Shown: piece after piece, positions 36,486 through 45,960 of the stretch
Position numbering within the stretch: position 1 is the stretch's first letter
Layout: the number at the start of each line of letters is the position of its first letter
Assembly (NCBI GenBank): GCA_964410585.1
Contig: CAYPFW010000002.1
Span: 177,077-241,076 of the forward strand
Length of the DNA stretch: 64,000 nt
Direction of reading: 5' to 3'
From: an uncultured archaeon
GTDB taxonomy: Archaea; Aenigmatarchaeota; Aenigmatarchaeia; QMZP01; JACQNV01
Program-made: the position numbers and the translations under genes
The notes under the pieces: generated by a model
Databases searched by the model: none
What the model was told of the DNA's origin: nothing
The model's input: the letters and a program-made list of their open reading frames with translations, nothing else

Positions 36486-37589
36486 ATGAAATTCAAAATC
36501 ATTTCTTGCTACAAATATATAGAGGTAGAAAATCCTGAAAATCTGAGATTAGAAATTTCCAGTTTGTGCAGGAAATTGGATATAACAGGAAGAATTTTGA
36601 TAGGAAAAGAAGGCCTCAATGCAGCTGTTTCTGGCTCGCCAAAAAATATAGAAACCTTCAAATCAAAAATAAAAGAAAATCCTTTGTTCTCAGATATGAC
36701 TTTTAGAGAGCAGTTTTTCAGGGAAAAAACATACAAAAAACTGACTGTCAAAGTGCGGAATGAAATTGTTAATTTTGGAAAACCAGTTGATTTGTCCAAA
36801 ACAGGCGAACATGTGAAGCCAGAAGTTTTGAAAGAGTGGCTTGACAAAAAAGAAGATCTTGTTTTGTTGGAAGGAAGAAACCAGTATGAGGCAAAAGTTG
36901 GCAAATTCAAAAATGCTTTGGTTCTCCCAATAAAAAACTTTAGGCAATTCCCAGATGCTGTTTCAAAACTTTCCCATTTGAAAAGTAAAAAAATTGTGAT
37001 GTACTGTACTGGAGGAATCCGCTGTGAAAAAGCATCTGCTTATTTGAAGCAAGAAGGTTTTGAAAATGTTCATCAATTAGAAGGTGGAATAATCAACTAT
37101 ATCAACAAATTTCCAAACGACCATTTTGAAGGAAGTTGTTTTGTTTTCGATGAAAGGATAGCTGCAGAAACAGAAAACCCAATCACAGAATGTGAAATTT
37201 GCGGCAAAAAATCCTATTTCTATATCAATTGCAATAATTTGGACTGCGACAAGCTTTTTGTGTCCTGCAAACCCTGCCAGAAAAAAATGCAAAAAACCTG
37301 CTCGCAAAAATGCTTTGATTCTCCAAGAAAAAGGCCTGAAAAAAGGGAAGTGAAAATAATTGGCACAGTTGAAAACTATTACCCAAAAGCAAAGGTGGCC
37401 TTAGTAAAACTGAATAAGAAAATAAAAATTGGGCAAAAAATAAAATTCTGTGGAAAGACAACAAAAGAATTTGAACAAAGAATAAAAGAAATGAAAGACT
37501 GTGAAGGAAATAAAATAGAGTCGGCCAGGGGCTTGATTACTTTCCCTGTTTCTGAAAAAGTCAGAGTGAATGATAAGGTTTTTGTATAG
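36486..37589 (+). CDS. trhO: UPF0176/TrhO-family rhodanese protein with extra C-terminal beta-barrel
   Basis: GRILIG.EGLN, RN.YE..VGKF, MYCTGGIRCEKAS, QLEGGI..Y, GSCFVFDER, NC.N..C. Confidence 0.85.
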   Translation: MKFKIISCYKYIEVENPENLRLEISSLCRKLDITGRILIGKEGLNAAVSGSPKNIETFKSKIKENPLFSDMTFREQFFREKTYKKLTVKVRNEIVNFGKPVDLSKTGEHVKPEVLKEWLDKKEDLVLLEGRNQYEAKVGKFKNALVLPIKNFRQFPDAVSKLSHLKSKKIVMYCTGGIRCEKASAYLKQEGFENVHQLEGGIINYINKFPNDHFEGSCFVFDERIAAETENPITECEICGKKSYFYINCNNLDCDKLFVSCKPCQKKMQKTCSQKCFDSPRKRPEKREVKIIGTVENYYPKAKVALVKLNKKIKIGQKIKFCGKTTKEFEQRIKEMKDCEGNKIESARGLITFPVSEKVRVNDKVFV

Positions 37590-37655
37590 TATCAAAATAG
37601 GAATTATTTACAGCTTCAAAAAAAGAGATATTAATAGCCACAAACAAATATATTA

Positions 37656-40279
37656 ATGAAATATTTTGTTCTTTTGGTTGTTGGAATTTTTGTTCTATAT
37701 ACGGCTTTTTTGTCTCAATTAATTCAGTAACTATTTTTGGCCAATATGCCGAAGATCCCTCAATAACTAAAGAAAATTGTGCAACTGAATGCAAGCCAGC
37801 CGATGGAAAATGTTTGGAGTGGTGTTTTGGAGATGATCCACCAGAAGCAAGCAATTACGGTGTCATAGATGAAATTCCAAAACGTCCCTATCTCACTTCA
37901 GACATGCTGACTGAAATTACAATTGAAAGGCAATCATCAGGCCCAATGAACACAAAAACAGGAACTGGGACAAAATCAGAAAAGCTAATTTTCAAAATAA
38001 GCGGATATTTGAAGGAAATTGATCCAGAATCAAATGACCTAACAAGGTATGCAGACAGAGCTTTTGAGTTTGACAAAGGAACAGTTCAATGGACAATAGA
38101 ACAAGATTCAAATGATGCAAACCCAAAATGTACGCGCATTACAGAAATCGATAGCACAGGAAAAGATTCTATTCCAAAGCTAAATATTTATTATGAAACT
38201 ACAGATGGCCAAAGTACAAGCATAAGCGGTCAACCACTTCCTTCATCTGGAAAATTGGCTCTAAAATATACCAAGCAATCGATTAGCGGAAAACCCGAAT
38301 TTGAATTAGTAGGACAAGTTCTTATTCCTGTTGATATAGTAGAAACACTCGAGGTGCACCAAACTTCGCCAAATGTTAAAACTACATGCAACGGTGCAAC
38401 AGAAACATTTTCAGTTCAAAAAAAGAGAAGCGCTGTTGTGAAAGTTCCTCTAACAATACTTAACCTCGATTTATCAGAGCGTACATACGCTGGTGAGTTA
38501 GCTTCAGAGGAAACATATTATGGCGAAGAAGTGCCAAATGCAGATGCAGAACTGGGATATGGTGTTTATGGTGGTTTTGGAGAAGCAATTTCATTTGACA
38601 CACCATGGAAAGTCTCTTGGAATCTTGAAATGCCTTTTTTGGATACAGAAAAAGATGGAGATAGAGATGGTTTGCCTGATTTAAGAGAGCCTGTTTTTAA
38701 AACAGACCCACAAAACCCAGACACAGACGGTGATGGTTTATTGGATGGTTGGGAAGCCCTTGGAGTTTTCAAGGGTGGGAAAAAAGTAGTTGACTTGCCT
38801 TCAATGAATGCAAACCCTTTGGTTCAAGATCTTTTCTTGGAATTAGATTGGATGCAAGATGGAACACATACACACAAACCAAGCAATGATGTCATCCAGC
38901 GCGTTGTAAATGCTTTTGCTAAAAAGAACATTCAGCTGCATGTAGACATTGGCCAATGGGGAGGAGGAAATGCGCTTACTGAGCAAAACGGATCAGAGTG
39001 GCACAAATCCTACTTGAATGCTACTCAACAAACAGCATACGAGACAAATAACCAATATTTATTTACAATAAAAAAGAACAACTTTGATCCAAACAGACTG
39101 GGAATATTTTACTACGGTATGTTTGTTCATGAAAAATCAGGATCCTCTGGACAAGCAGCACCAGGCGGCAATTTCTATGTTGCTCTGTGGTGGAATTCTA
39201 CTATCCCAGCTAAATCGGGGACGCTGATGCACGAATTTGGACATACATTGCAGCTTGGCCATGGGGGAAGACAAGATAAGGAACTTAGATATGACAACAC
39301 ACATTTCAAACCAAATTACCGCAGCATAATGAACTATCATTTCCAACTCAATGGAGTAATGACATACGATCCAACAGGAAACATACTTTATGATATTGAT
39401 TACTCAGACGAAGAGCTTTTAGACCTTGACGAAAGCATAGGATTAAATGAAAACGCAGGAATTGTGTCAGCAATTGACAAAAACTTTGCTTCTTACTATA
39501 CATGTAGAGATATAGGGCATGGACCAACTGCACCAGATGTTTATGAAAATATAAGCAGTGATCTTAAAATCAGATTCCAGCTCGATGGAAGCCCTGTTGA
39601 CTGGAATTGTGACGGAGTCATAAGTGGAAGCCCACAAATAAATATTAATGGGAATGGAAAGGATGAATTTGACACAACAGGTGGAACAAACGATGTTTTA
39701 TTTGGAAGAAAAGATTGGGATAAAATTGTCCTAAAAATAGGATGCCCTGATTATGGTTTGGAAGATGGTTTTGCTGTAGAAGATGTATTTGGTGTTTCAA
39801 ATGAATCAGACAGGTGCCCTGAACACGATGACATAAGAAACAGTTTGGGTATAGAATTGGAATCAGATGAAAGGTTCCCACCAGAACTTCCATTCTTAGG
39901 GGAAGCGTGTGACGGCACAGATAATGATGGAGATGGAAAAATAGATGAGGGTTGTGCAGACACAGATAAAGATGGTGTTGTGGATGACATTGACAATTGT
40001 ATATACAAATCAAATCCAGACCAAGCCGACTCAGACAATGATTTTGTCGGAGATGCTTGTGTTGGCAAATCAATAGCAAAGTTAGCAGGTGCTGATTCTG
40101 GAACAAAACTTACTGAGCCTTTAGACACGGAGAGTCTAAAAAAAGAAATAATTGAGTCTGTAAGAGAAGAAAGAAATGCTGAAGATGCCCAAACATTGAT
40201 GATTATTGTAATTGTGGTTGTTGTTTTGGCAGTTGTTGCCGGTGTTGGATATTTTGTTTACACGAAGTTTGGTAAATGA
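37656..40279 (+). CDS. Membrane-anchored metzincin-like metalloprotease with Ca-binding DxDxDG repeats; frameshifted near the 5' end
   Basis: HEFGHTLQLGH plus SIMNY Met-turn; TSP3-like repeats; C-terminal TM helix; the signal-peptide ORF from ATG 37656 is out of frame with the body by one base. Confidence 0.75.
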
Positions 40280-40322
40280 ATAGAAGCTACTTTTATTTAA
40301 GTGTCCTCTACTAAACTAAAAT

Positions 40323-41237
40323 ATGAAGTTGTACTTTTTGTTGGTTCTTTTGTTAGTTGGGCTAATTTTGGTTAGTGGTTGTACAAGCCAAAATGATAGT
40401 GTGAAAGACTCAGATGAAAAGTCAGACTCGATAATTGGAAAACCAATTGGGAAAAAAACAAATCAGGTTACAGATACTTCACCGCCTCGTATTGGAAGGT
40501 TTTCTACAAGTCCAAATAATCCCGACATAGATGAAACAGTCACTATAACAGTTGAAGCAGAAGATGATAGAACATTGAAAGAAATCTCTTGGGCATCCTC
40601 AAAGCCTTTTGCAAATGGTCAAGAAGGATCTTTTGATTGTAATTTACAAAAAACTTGTTCAGCTTCTTTTGAATTAACTACACTTGATTCAGGTTTGCAT
40701 GAAGTAGTTATTACAGCAGTTGATTCTTCAGGACAAACATCTCAATCAACTTCGCAAATAACAGTTAGCACATACGTGGCAAAGAAGACAACTGAAATAG
40801 AAGAAGAACCAGAAACAGCCTCATTTACTTGTGGAAACAGTATTTGTGAAGGCGGGGAATCATACCTAAATTGTGAACAAGACTGTGAAGCAAGCAAAAC
40901 AATTGGAACAAGCCCTGCGGATGGTGCATGCGAGCCAGGAGAGAGTATAGAAAATGCGCCAAAAGACTGCACAAATCCAAACCCAAAATGTGGAAATGGT
41001 GTGTGCGATTCAGATGAAACAAGGATGACTTGCTATGCTGATTGCGAAGAGGATCAAGAAGAGGGCACAGGTGATTGCAGCACAAACTCGGATTGTGGAT
41101 ACAAACAAATATGTAGAAGCGGAAAATGTGAAAGTGTCCAGTGTACTAATGATGCACAATGTACAGGATGCAGAAGATGTTCAGATTATACTTGTAGATC
41201 CTGTGGTTATGGGCCTGCTGGATATTGTTCATGTTGA
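40323..41237 (+). CDS. Lipoprotein with Ig-like domain and Cys-rich repeats
   Basis: LVSGC lipobox; CGN..CE..E....C..DC repeats. Confidence 0.8.
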   Translation: MKLYFLLVLLLVGLILVSGCTSQNDSVKDSDEKSDSIIGKPIGKKTNQVTDTSPPRIGRFSTSPNNPDIDETVTITVEAEDDRTLKEISWASSKPFANGQEGSFDCNLQKTCSASFELTTLDSGLHEVVITAVDSSGQTSQSTSQITVSTYVAKKTTEIEEEPETASFTCGNSICEGGESYLNCEQDCEASKTIGTSPADGACEPGESIENAPKDCTNPNPKCGNGVCDSDETRMTCYADCEEDQEEGTGDCSTNSDCGYKQICRSGKCESVQCTNDAQCTGCRRCSDYTCRSCGYGPAGYCSC

Positions 41238-41273
41238 TTTTCTAAAATTAATAAAAGGATGCAACGTTTTCCC

Positions 41274-42008
41274 CTAGAATAGTTTTAATCTTAATTCATC
41301 TATATACAATAGACCTTGTTGAATCCCATTTATTGAATTATGGATCCATGCCCTTTTAACATCATAACCAAATTTTGGTGCTATTTTCATAGGATCTGTT
41401 AGTTCTCCACCAAGACTATAAGAAGGAATTAAGATGGTCCCATCAGGATTCAAGTATTTTTTAGCTTCTATCAAAAACCTTTCAAATAATTCAGGAGGCA
41501 TAATCATACTTGCTGATATTGTATCTTCTCTTGGTACATACCCAGGGAAAAATGGAATCATCCATGTTATAAAATCTGCCTTTTCATGTATATTTTCAAA
41601 TAGATCTCCTTGCACAACAGAAATTTTATTTTCAAATCCAAATTTTTTTGAGTTATTTATTGTATTCTGACAAGCAGAGGAAGAAATATCGCTTGCTATA
41701 ATTTTTTTTGCTCCATATTTTGCCATAACACACGACATAAGCCCTGTACCACAGCCTATTTCTATGACGGTTTTCTCTCTAAATAAAATATTATTATAGA
41801 ATAAGTATCTGGCATGGTATCTTCCAGAAGCTAAAAATGGATCCCAAACACCCTTACCTACAATAAAATCCTTCAATATATCTCCTTCACCACTTACATC
41901 ATAATCTACTTCATGAGTTTGGTGTTGGTGCATCTGCCATTGAGTTAAAACTATTTGTTTTTGAGCATCATTCATTAATTTAAGATTCTCTTTGGTTAGC
42001 GGTGCCAT
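41274..42008 (-). CDS. Class I SAM-dependent methyltransferase (HemK/PrmC-like)
   Basis: VIEIGCGTG, ASDIS, VQGDLFE, MIPF in place of NPPY. Confidence 0.8.
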   Translation of the reverse strand: MAPLTKENLKLMNDAQKQIVLTQWQMHQHQTHEVDYDVSGEGDILKDFIVGKGVWDPFLASGRYHARYLFYNNILFREKTVIEIGCGTGLMSCVMAKYGAKKIIASDISSSACQNTINNSKKFGFENKISVVQGDLFENIHEKADFITWMIPFFPGYVPREDTISASMIMPPELFERFLIEAKKYLNPDGTILIPSYSLGGELTDPMKIAPKFGYDVKRAWIHNSINGIQQGLLYIDELRLKLF

Positions 42009-42120
42009 ATTTCTCCATTGTACAATAATCAGGATTATAGCAAAACGCCTTATATTTTTTGGTGCCCCCTAGAGGGGCCTGTTTTAGATGATATTTAAAC
42101 AAGTAAAACAAAATCGTTTT

Positions 42121-42867
42121 ATGGATAGGCAAATACTTCGGGAGATAGGATTGAGTGAAGGCGAGATAAAGGTATATCTTGCTCTCCTTAAACTAAAAGA
42201 GGCAAAGAAAACAGAACTTGCAAAGTATGCAGAAGTTTCATCCTCAAAAATTTATGAAATTTGTGGTAGGCTTCAAAAAAAGGGTCTTGTAGGAACGATT
42301 ATAAAAGATAAGAAAATCCACTTTCGGGCAATGGAGCCAAAAAGACTTCTAGATTTTTTTAATGAAAAAGCAACTAAAATTGAAAATCAAAAAAGGGAAT
42401 TGGAAAAGTCAATACCACTGCTTGAAAACTATCTCAAAATAGAGGAAAATAAGGCGGTTCTTTATGGGGGTCTTAGTGCTATAAAAAATTTTTATAAAAA
42501 TATCTTGGAGGAATTAGAGCGGGGAGAAGAATATTATGTTATTGGTGTGAATTATGGAGATAGCCTTCCAGGCGTTAAAGAATTTTTTCAAAACTACCAT
42601 ATACAAAGAGCCAAAAGAGGCATAAGGGTCAAAATGCTTGTGAATAGTGATGCGAAGAGTATACTTGTAAAAACAGTCTATGAAAAATCAGAAATAAGAT
42701 ACCTGCCTCAATATCTTATGAGTAATATGATTATTCTCTTCTATAAAAATAAATCCTTTATTTTCTTCCTAGCTAAAGATGCGGTTGGTTTGTTAATTCA
42801 AAATGAAGAAGTTGTAAAGGGATTTAAATCTTATTTTGATGCATTTTGGAAAATCGCAAAGTCGTAA
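42121..42867 (+). CDS. TrmB-family transcriptional regulator
   Basis: L..IGLS.GEIKVYLALL...IY.....L..KGLV; C-terminal F..YF..FW. Confidence 0.88.
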   Translation: MDRQILREIGLSEGEIKVYLALLKLKEAKKTELAKYAEVSSSKIYEICGRLQKKGLVGTIIKDKKIHFRAMEPKRLLDFFNEKATKIENQKRELEKSIPLLENYLKIEENKAVLYGGLSAIKNFYKNILEELERGEEYYVIGVNYGDSLPGVKEFFQNYHIQRAKRGIRVKMLVNSDAKSILVKTVYEKSEIRYLPQYLMSNMIILFYKNKSFIFFLAKDAVGLLIQNEEVVKGFKSYFDAFWKIAKS

Positions 42868-42963
42868 TCTGTCTAAGCATTTTACTATGAGTTTCAAAAC
42901 ATGTTTTTGATAGCGGCTTTCTTAGAGAAAACTGAATTTCCGTTTCTGATATTGCTAAACTTA

Positions 42964-43164
42964 TCACCAAACATTGCACAAATCATCGACATTTAAAAAT
43001 CCCCCACTTGGCAGAAATCTGCTTATTTTGCAGTCTTTTTGAGTGGTGCATGTAGAGTTAGAGGAAACAGATTCAGAACTTTGTATAAAAAATATGCTGG
43101 AGATAATTATTGCAACTCCAACCACAATCAACCATTTCATAAATATTAATTGGTCCCTGACCAT
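42964..43164 (-). CDS. Short membrane/secreted ORF, possibly a gene remnant
   Basis: Signal-like hydrophobic stretch followed by C....DC and an early stop. Confidence 0.35.
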   Translation of the reverse strand: MVRDQLIFMKWLIVVGVAIIISSIFFIQSSESVSSNSTCTTQKDCKISRFLPSGGFLNVDDLCNVW

Positions 43165-43178
43165 TATATATAGTATAT

Positions 43179-44486
43179 ATGAAAAGTATTGTGGTTCTCA
43201 TTCTTTTGTTGGTTGGTTTAATTTTGGTTAGTGGCTGCACGCAGGAAAAGCGAGATATAAAAAATCAGCAGGAGTTAGGTGTTGATAAAGCAGATGCTGT
43301 AGAAGAGCCAAAAAATTCTGAAAAAGAAAATCTAAATCAGGTGGAAGAAAATTACAGTAAATCAGAGGATTTAGATACTGAAAAGTCACAGGAAGCCCAT
43401 ACTCAAAAGGGAAATTTTTTAGATGGTCAATACTACGAACAAGATAATAGAGAATCCCTTGAAATCCCTTCTCAGAGTGAAAGAGAAAAACTTCCAGAAT
43501 GCTCTGATGTTTTGTATACTGTACCATTTGTTGACCCTGATAAAATCAGAGAAATTGCTCCATTGGGAAGTCTAAATCCCCCAGAGCATACAATACCAAC
43601 AAACCATGTGTATAGCCATTTAGATATACCTAGGGAAAGCACACAAACTGTTTCCTTATATCTACCGGCAGATGCCTGGATAACTCATATCAGTACGGGT
43701 ACAGGAATGACGCAGGATCCTGAAGATAGTACAGTCTATTTTGCAGTTTGCAAAGATGTTGTTGGTTACTTTAATCACATTAAAAAGCTCTCACCCGAAG
43801 TGCAAAAAATTGTAAATTCTTATCAATGTCCCCAAGGAGGTAGCAATTGCTTCGTCCAGGTTTTGGAGCCCTTGAAAAAAGGATCTTATCTTGGAGAAGT
43901 TGGAAGGCTTCAAGGAAATTTTGATTTTGGGACAATTGATCTAAGAACCCAGCACAACTTTATCAACAAGGAGAGATACGCCAAAAGAACATTGCATATA
44001 CAGTGTCCGTTTGACTATTATTCTGAAGATTTGAAAGAAAAATATTATAACTTGCTGCAGAGCAAGAAAAATTGTGGAAAAATAAATTTTGATATCCCAG
44101 GAACACTTCAGGGTAATTGGTTTTATGGGGATTCTAGGGAATATTTTGGTGGCGATTGGGTAAAGCATGCATTTTTTGGATATGATAATGTGAATCCAGA
44201 AAAGTCTGTTATTTCAATTGGAGGAGTTGTTGTCCCAGAAAGCAGCGGGTTAAGATGGAAATTTTCTGCTTCTACAACAGGTCAAAACAACAGGAAGTTC
44301 TCAAATGTTGTTCCAGGAAAAGTTTACTGCTATGATATCGATGATCAAGACCAGTTTAACAAAGGGCCAAGTGGGAGGATTTTGGTAGAGTTGGAAAATG
44401 AAAAACAAATTAAATTAGAGCACCAAAATGGTGATTGTTCAGGAAGTTTGAGCTTCAGTGAGGGCGCTAAAGTATATGATAGATAG
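43179..44486 (+). CDS. Lipoprotein of unknown function
   Basis: LVSGC lipobox; domain shared with the C-terminal half of 45961..47889. Confidence 0.8.
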   Translation: MKSIVVLILLLVGLILVSGCTQEKRDIKNQQELGVDKADAVEEPKNSEKENLNQVEENYSKSEDLDTEKSQEAHTQKGNFLDGQYYEQDNRESLEIPSQSEREKLPECSDVLYTVPFVDPDKIREIAPLGSLNPPEHTIPTNHVYSHLDIPRESTQTVSLYLPADAWITHISTGTGMTQDPEDSTVYFAVCKDVVGYFNHIKKLSPEVQKIVNSYQCPQGGSNCFVQVLEPLKKGSYLGEVGRLQGNFDFGTIDLRTQHNFINKERYAKRTLHIQCPFDYYSEDLKEKYYNLLQSKKNCGKINFDIPGTLQGNWFYGDSREYFGGDWVKHAFFGYDNVNPEKSVISIGGVVVPESSGLRWKFSASTTGQNNRKFSNVVPGKVYCYDIDDQDQFNKGPSGRILVELENEKQIKLEHQNGDCSGSLSFSEGAKVYDR

Positions 44487-45948
44487 AAAAAAGTCAACAA
44501 AAACAATTGTTGCTGTTTTGTTGTTAGTTGGTTTAATTTTGGTTAGTGGTTGTATTCAGGAGAATCAATCGCACGAATTAGAAGACGAAGCGTCTATCAA
44601 GCAACAACCTAATAATTTTGTAGAAGAAAGAGAAATTCCTGAAGTAAAAGATGAGATCAAAAAAGACAATACAACAATTAAACCAACTGAACAAGAAACC
44701 AAAAAAGATCCTGTTCTTGCTCGGCTTTCAAGAACTTTGTTAACAGAGGGAATGGACTGTACATTTGAAAACTTTTTTGATACGAGAAATAGCCTAGCAA
44801 TTGACCCAACTAATCCAAATATTTTGTATGTAGGAATAGAAGGAAAGGGTATATACAAAAGCATAGATTCAGGAAAAACATGGAAACAAAGCTCAAGTGG
44901 GATCCTTGCTTATTTAGACAGAAATAATCCAAGTCAAAAATGCTATACTGATATGGCAGAAATTATCATTGATCCAACAAATACAAAAAGATTGCTTTTA
45001 GCTCCTGCAGATACATCTACAGGATATATAGATTGGCCATATGCTGAAACAGCTGGCGTTTGGGAAAGCTTAGACGGTGGAGAGTCGTGGCATCAGCTTA
45101 TTAGTGGAAGGGTAAATGCAGCAGGAACAGGTGCCCTAGCAATTGATCCAAACAATCCACATGTAATTTATTTTGGTGTGAATTCAGACCCCCCAACTTT
45201 CAAAGAAGCTCCAATAAAAGAGACCTTGAATAAAAATGGATCTTTGTACAAATCAACAGATGGTGGCAAGACATGGATTGATTTAGAAATAGGAAGACCA
45301 GAAGCATATTTGCAAACTGTTTCTATATTTATCAATCCAAAAAACTCCCAAGAGTTAATTTTGCTCACGCAGGCTCATGACCATTTCTATGGAGAAAACT
45401 ACATAGACGAGTTGTTTTCATATGATCAATTTGGTCCGATGAAATCTTTTGACGGCGGAAAGACTTGGATAAAACTTGCAAATAATCTTCCTTCTCCATA
45501 CAGAAACCCATTTGATGGCGACGTATCTTTACAAAACTTTGACCACATGATTGTAAGGCCGTTTTTGTTTGGAGCAGATGAATTCCCCCCAGATGTGCAG
45601 CAAAAAAGCTTTTATTCTTTTGATAGAGGAGAAACTTTCAAAGAAACACCAATCCTGATTTGGGTGGGTAGATATGATCCACAAGATCCAAAGGGCAATC
45701 ATTTGCTTGGATACTCTCCTTGGTATGCAAATGGGGACATTGTAGAAAGCATGGATGGTGGAGCAACTTGGCAACCTATTGGAAAACCAAAAGAAATAGA
45801 CAACACAAAAGTCAAGGTTTCTAACTTTGTTTGGGATCCTAAAAACCAAAAAACAGTATACATGACTGGTACACAAGGATATGTTTGGAAATCAGATGAT
45901 GGAGGCCAGACATGGAAGACGATTTTAAATTTAGATATGTTGAGCTGA
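44476..45948 (+). CDS. Lipoprotein with BNR/Asp-box beta-propeller
   Basis: LVSGC lipobox; multiple S.DGG.TW Asp-boxes. Confidence 0.85.
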   Translation: MIDRKKSTKTIVAVLLLVGLILVSGCIQENQSHELEDEASIKQQPNNFVEEREIPEVKDEIKKDNTTIKPTEQETKKDPVLARLSRTLLTEGMDCTFENFFDTRNSLAIDPTNPNILYVGIEGKGIYKSIDSGKTWKQSSSGILAYLDRNNPSQKCYTDMAEIIIDPTNTKRLLLAPADTSTGYIDWPYAETAGVWESLDGGESWHQLISGRVNAAGTGALAIDPNNPHVIYFGVNSDPPTFKEAPIKETLNKNGSLYKSTDGGKTWIDLEIGRPEAYLQTVSIFINPKNSQELILLTQAHDHFYGENYIDELFSYDQFGPMKSFDGGKTWIKLANNLPSPYRNPFDGDVSLQNFDHMIVRPFLFGADEFPPDVQQKSFYSFDRGETFKETPILIWVGRYDPQDPKGNHLLGYSPWYANGDIVESMDGGATWQPIGKPKEIDNTKVKVSNFVWDPKNQKTVYMTGTQGYVWKSDDGGQTWKTILNLDMLS

Positions 45949-45960
45949 AAATATAATTTT

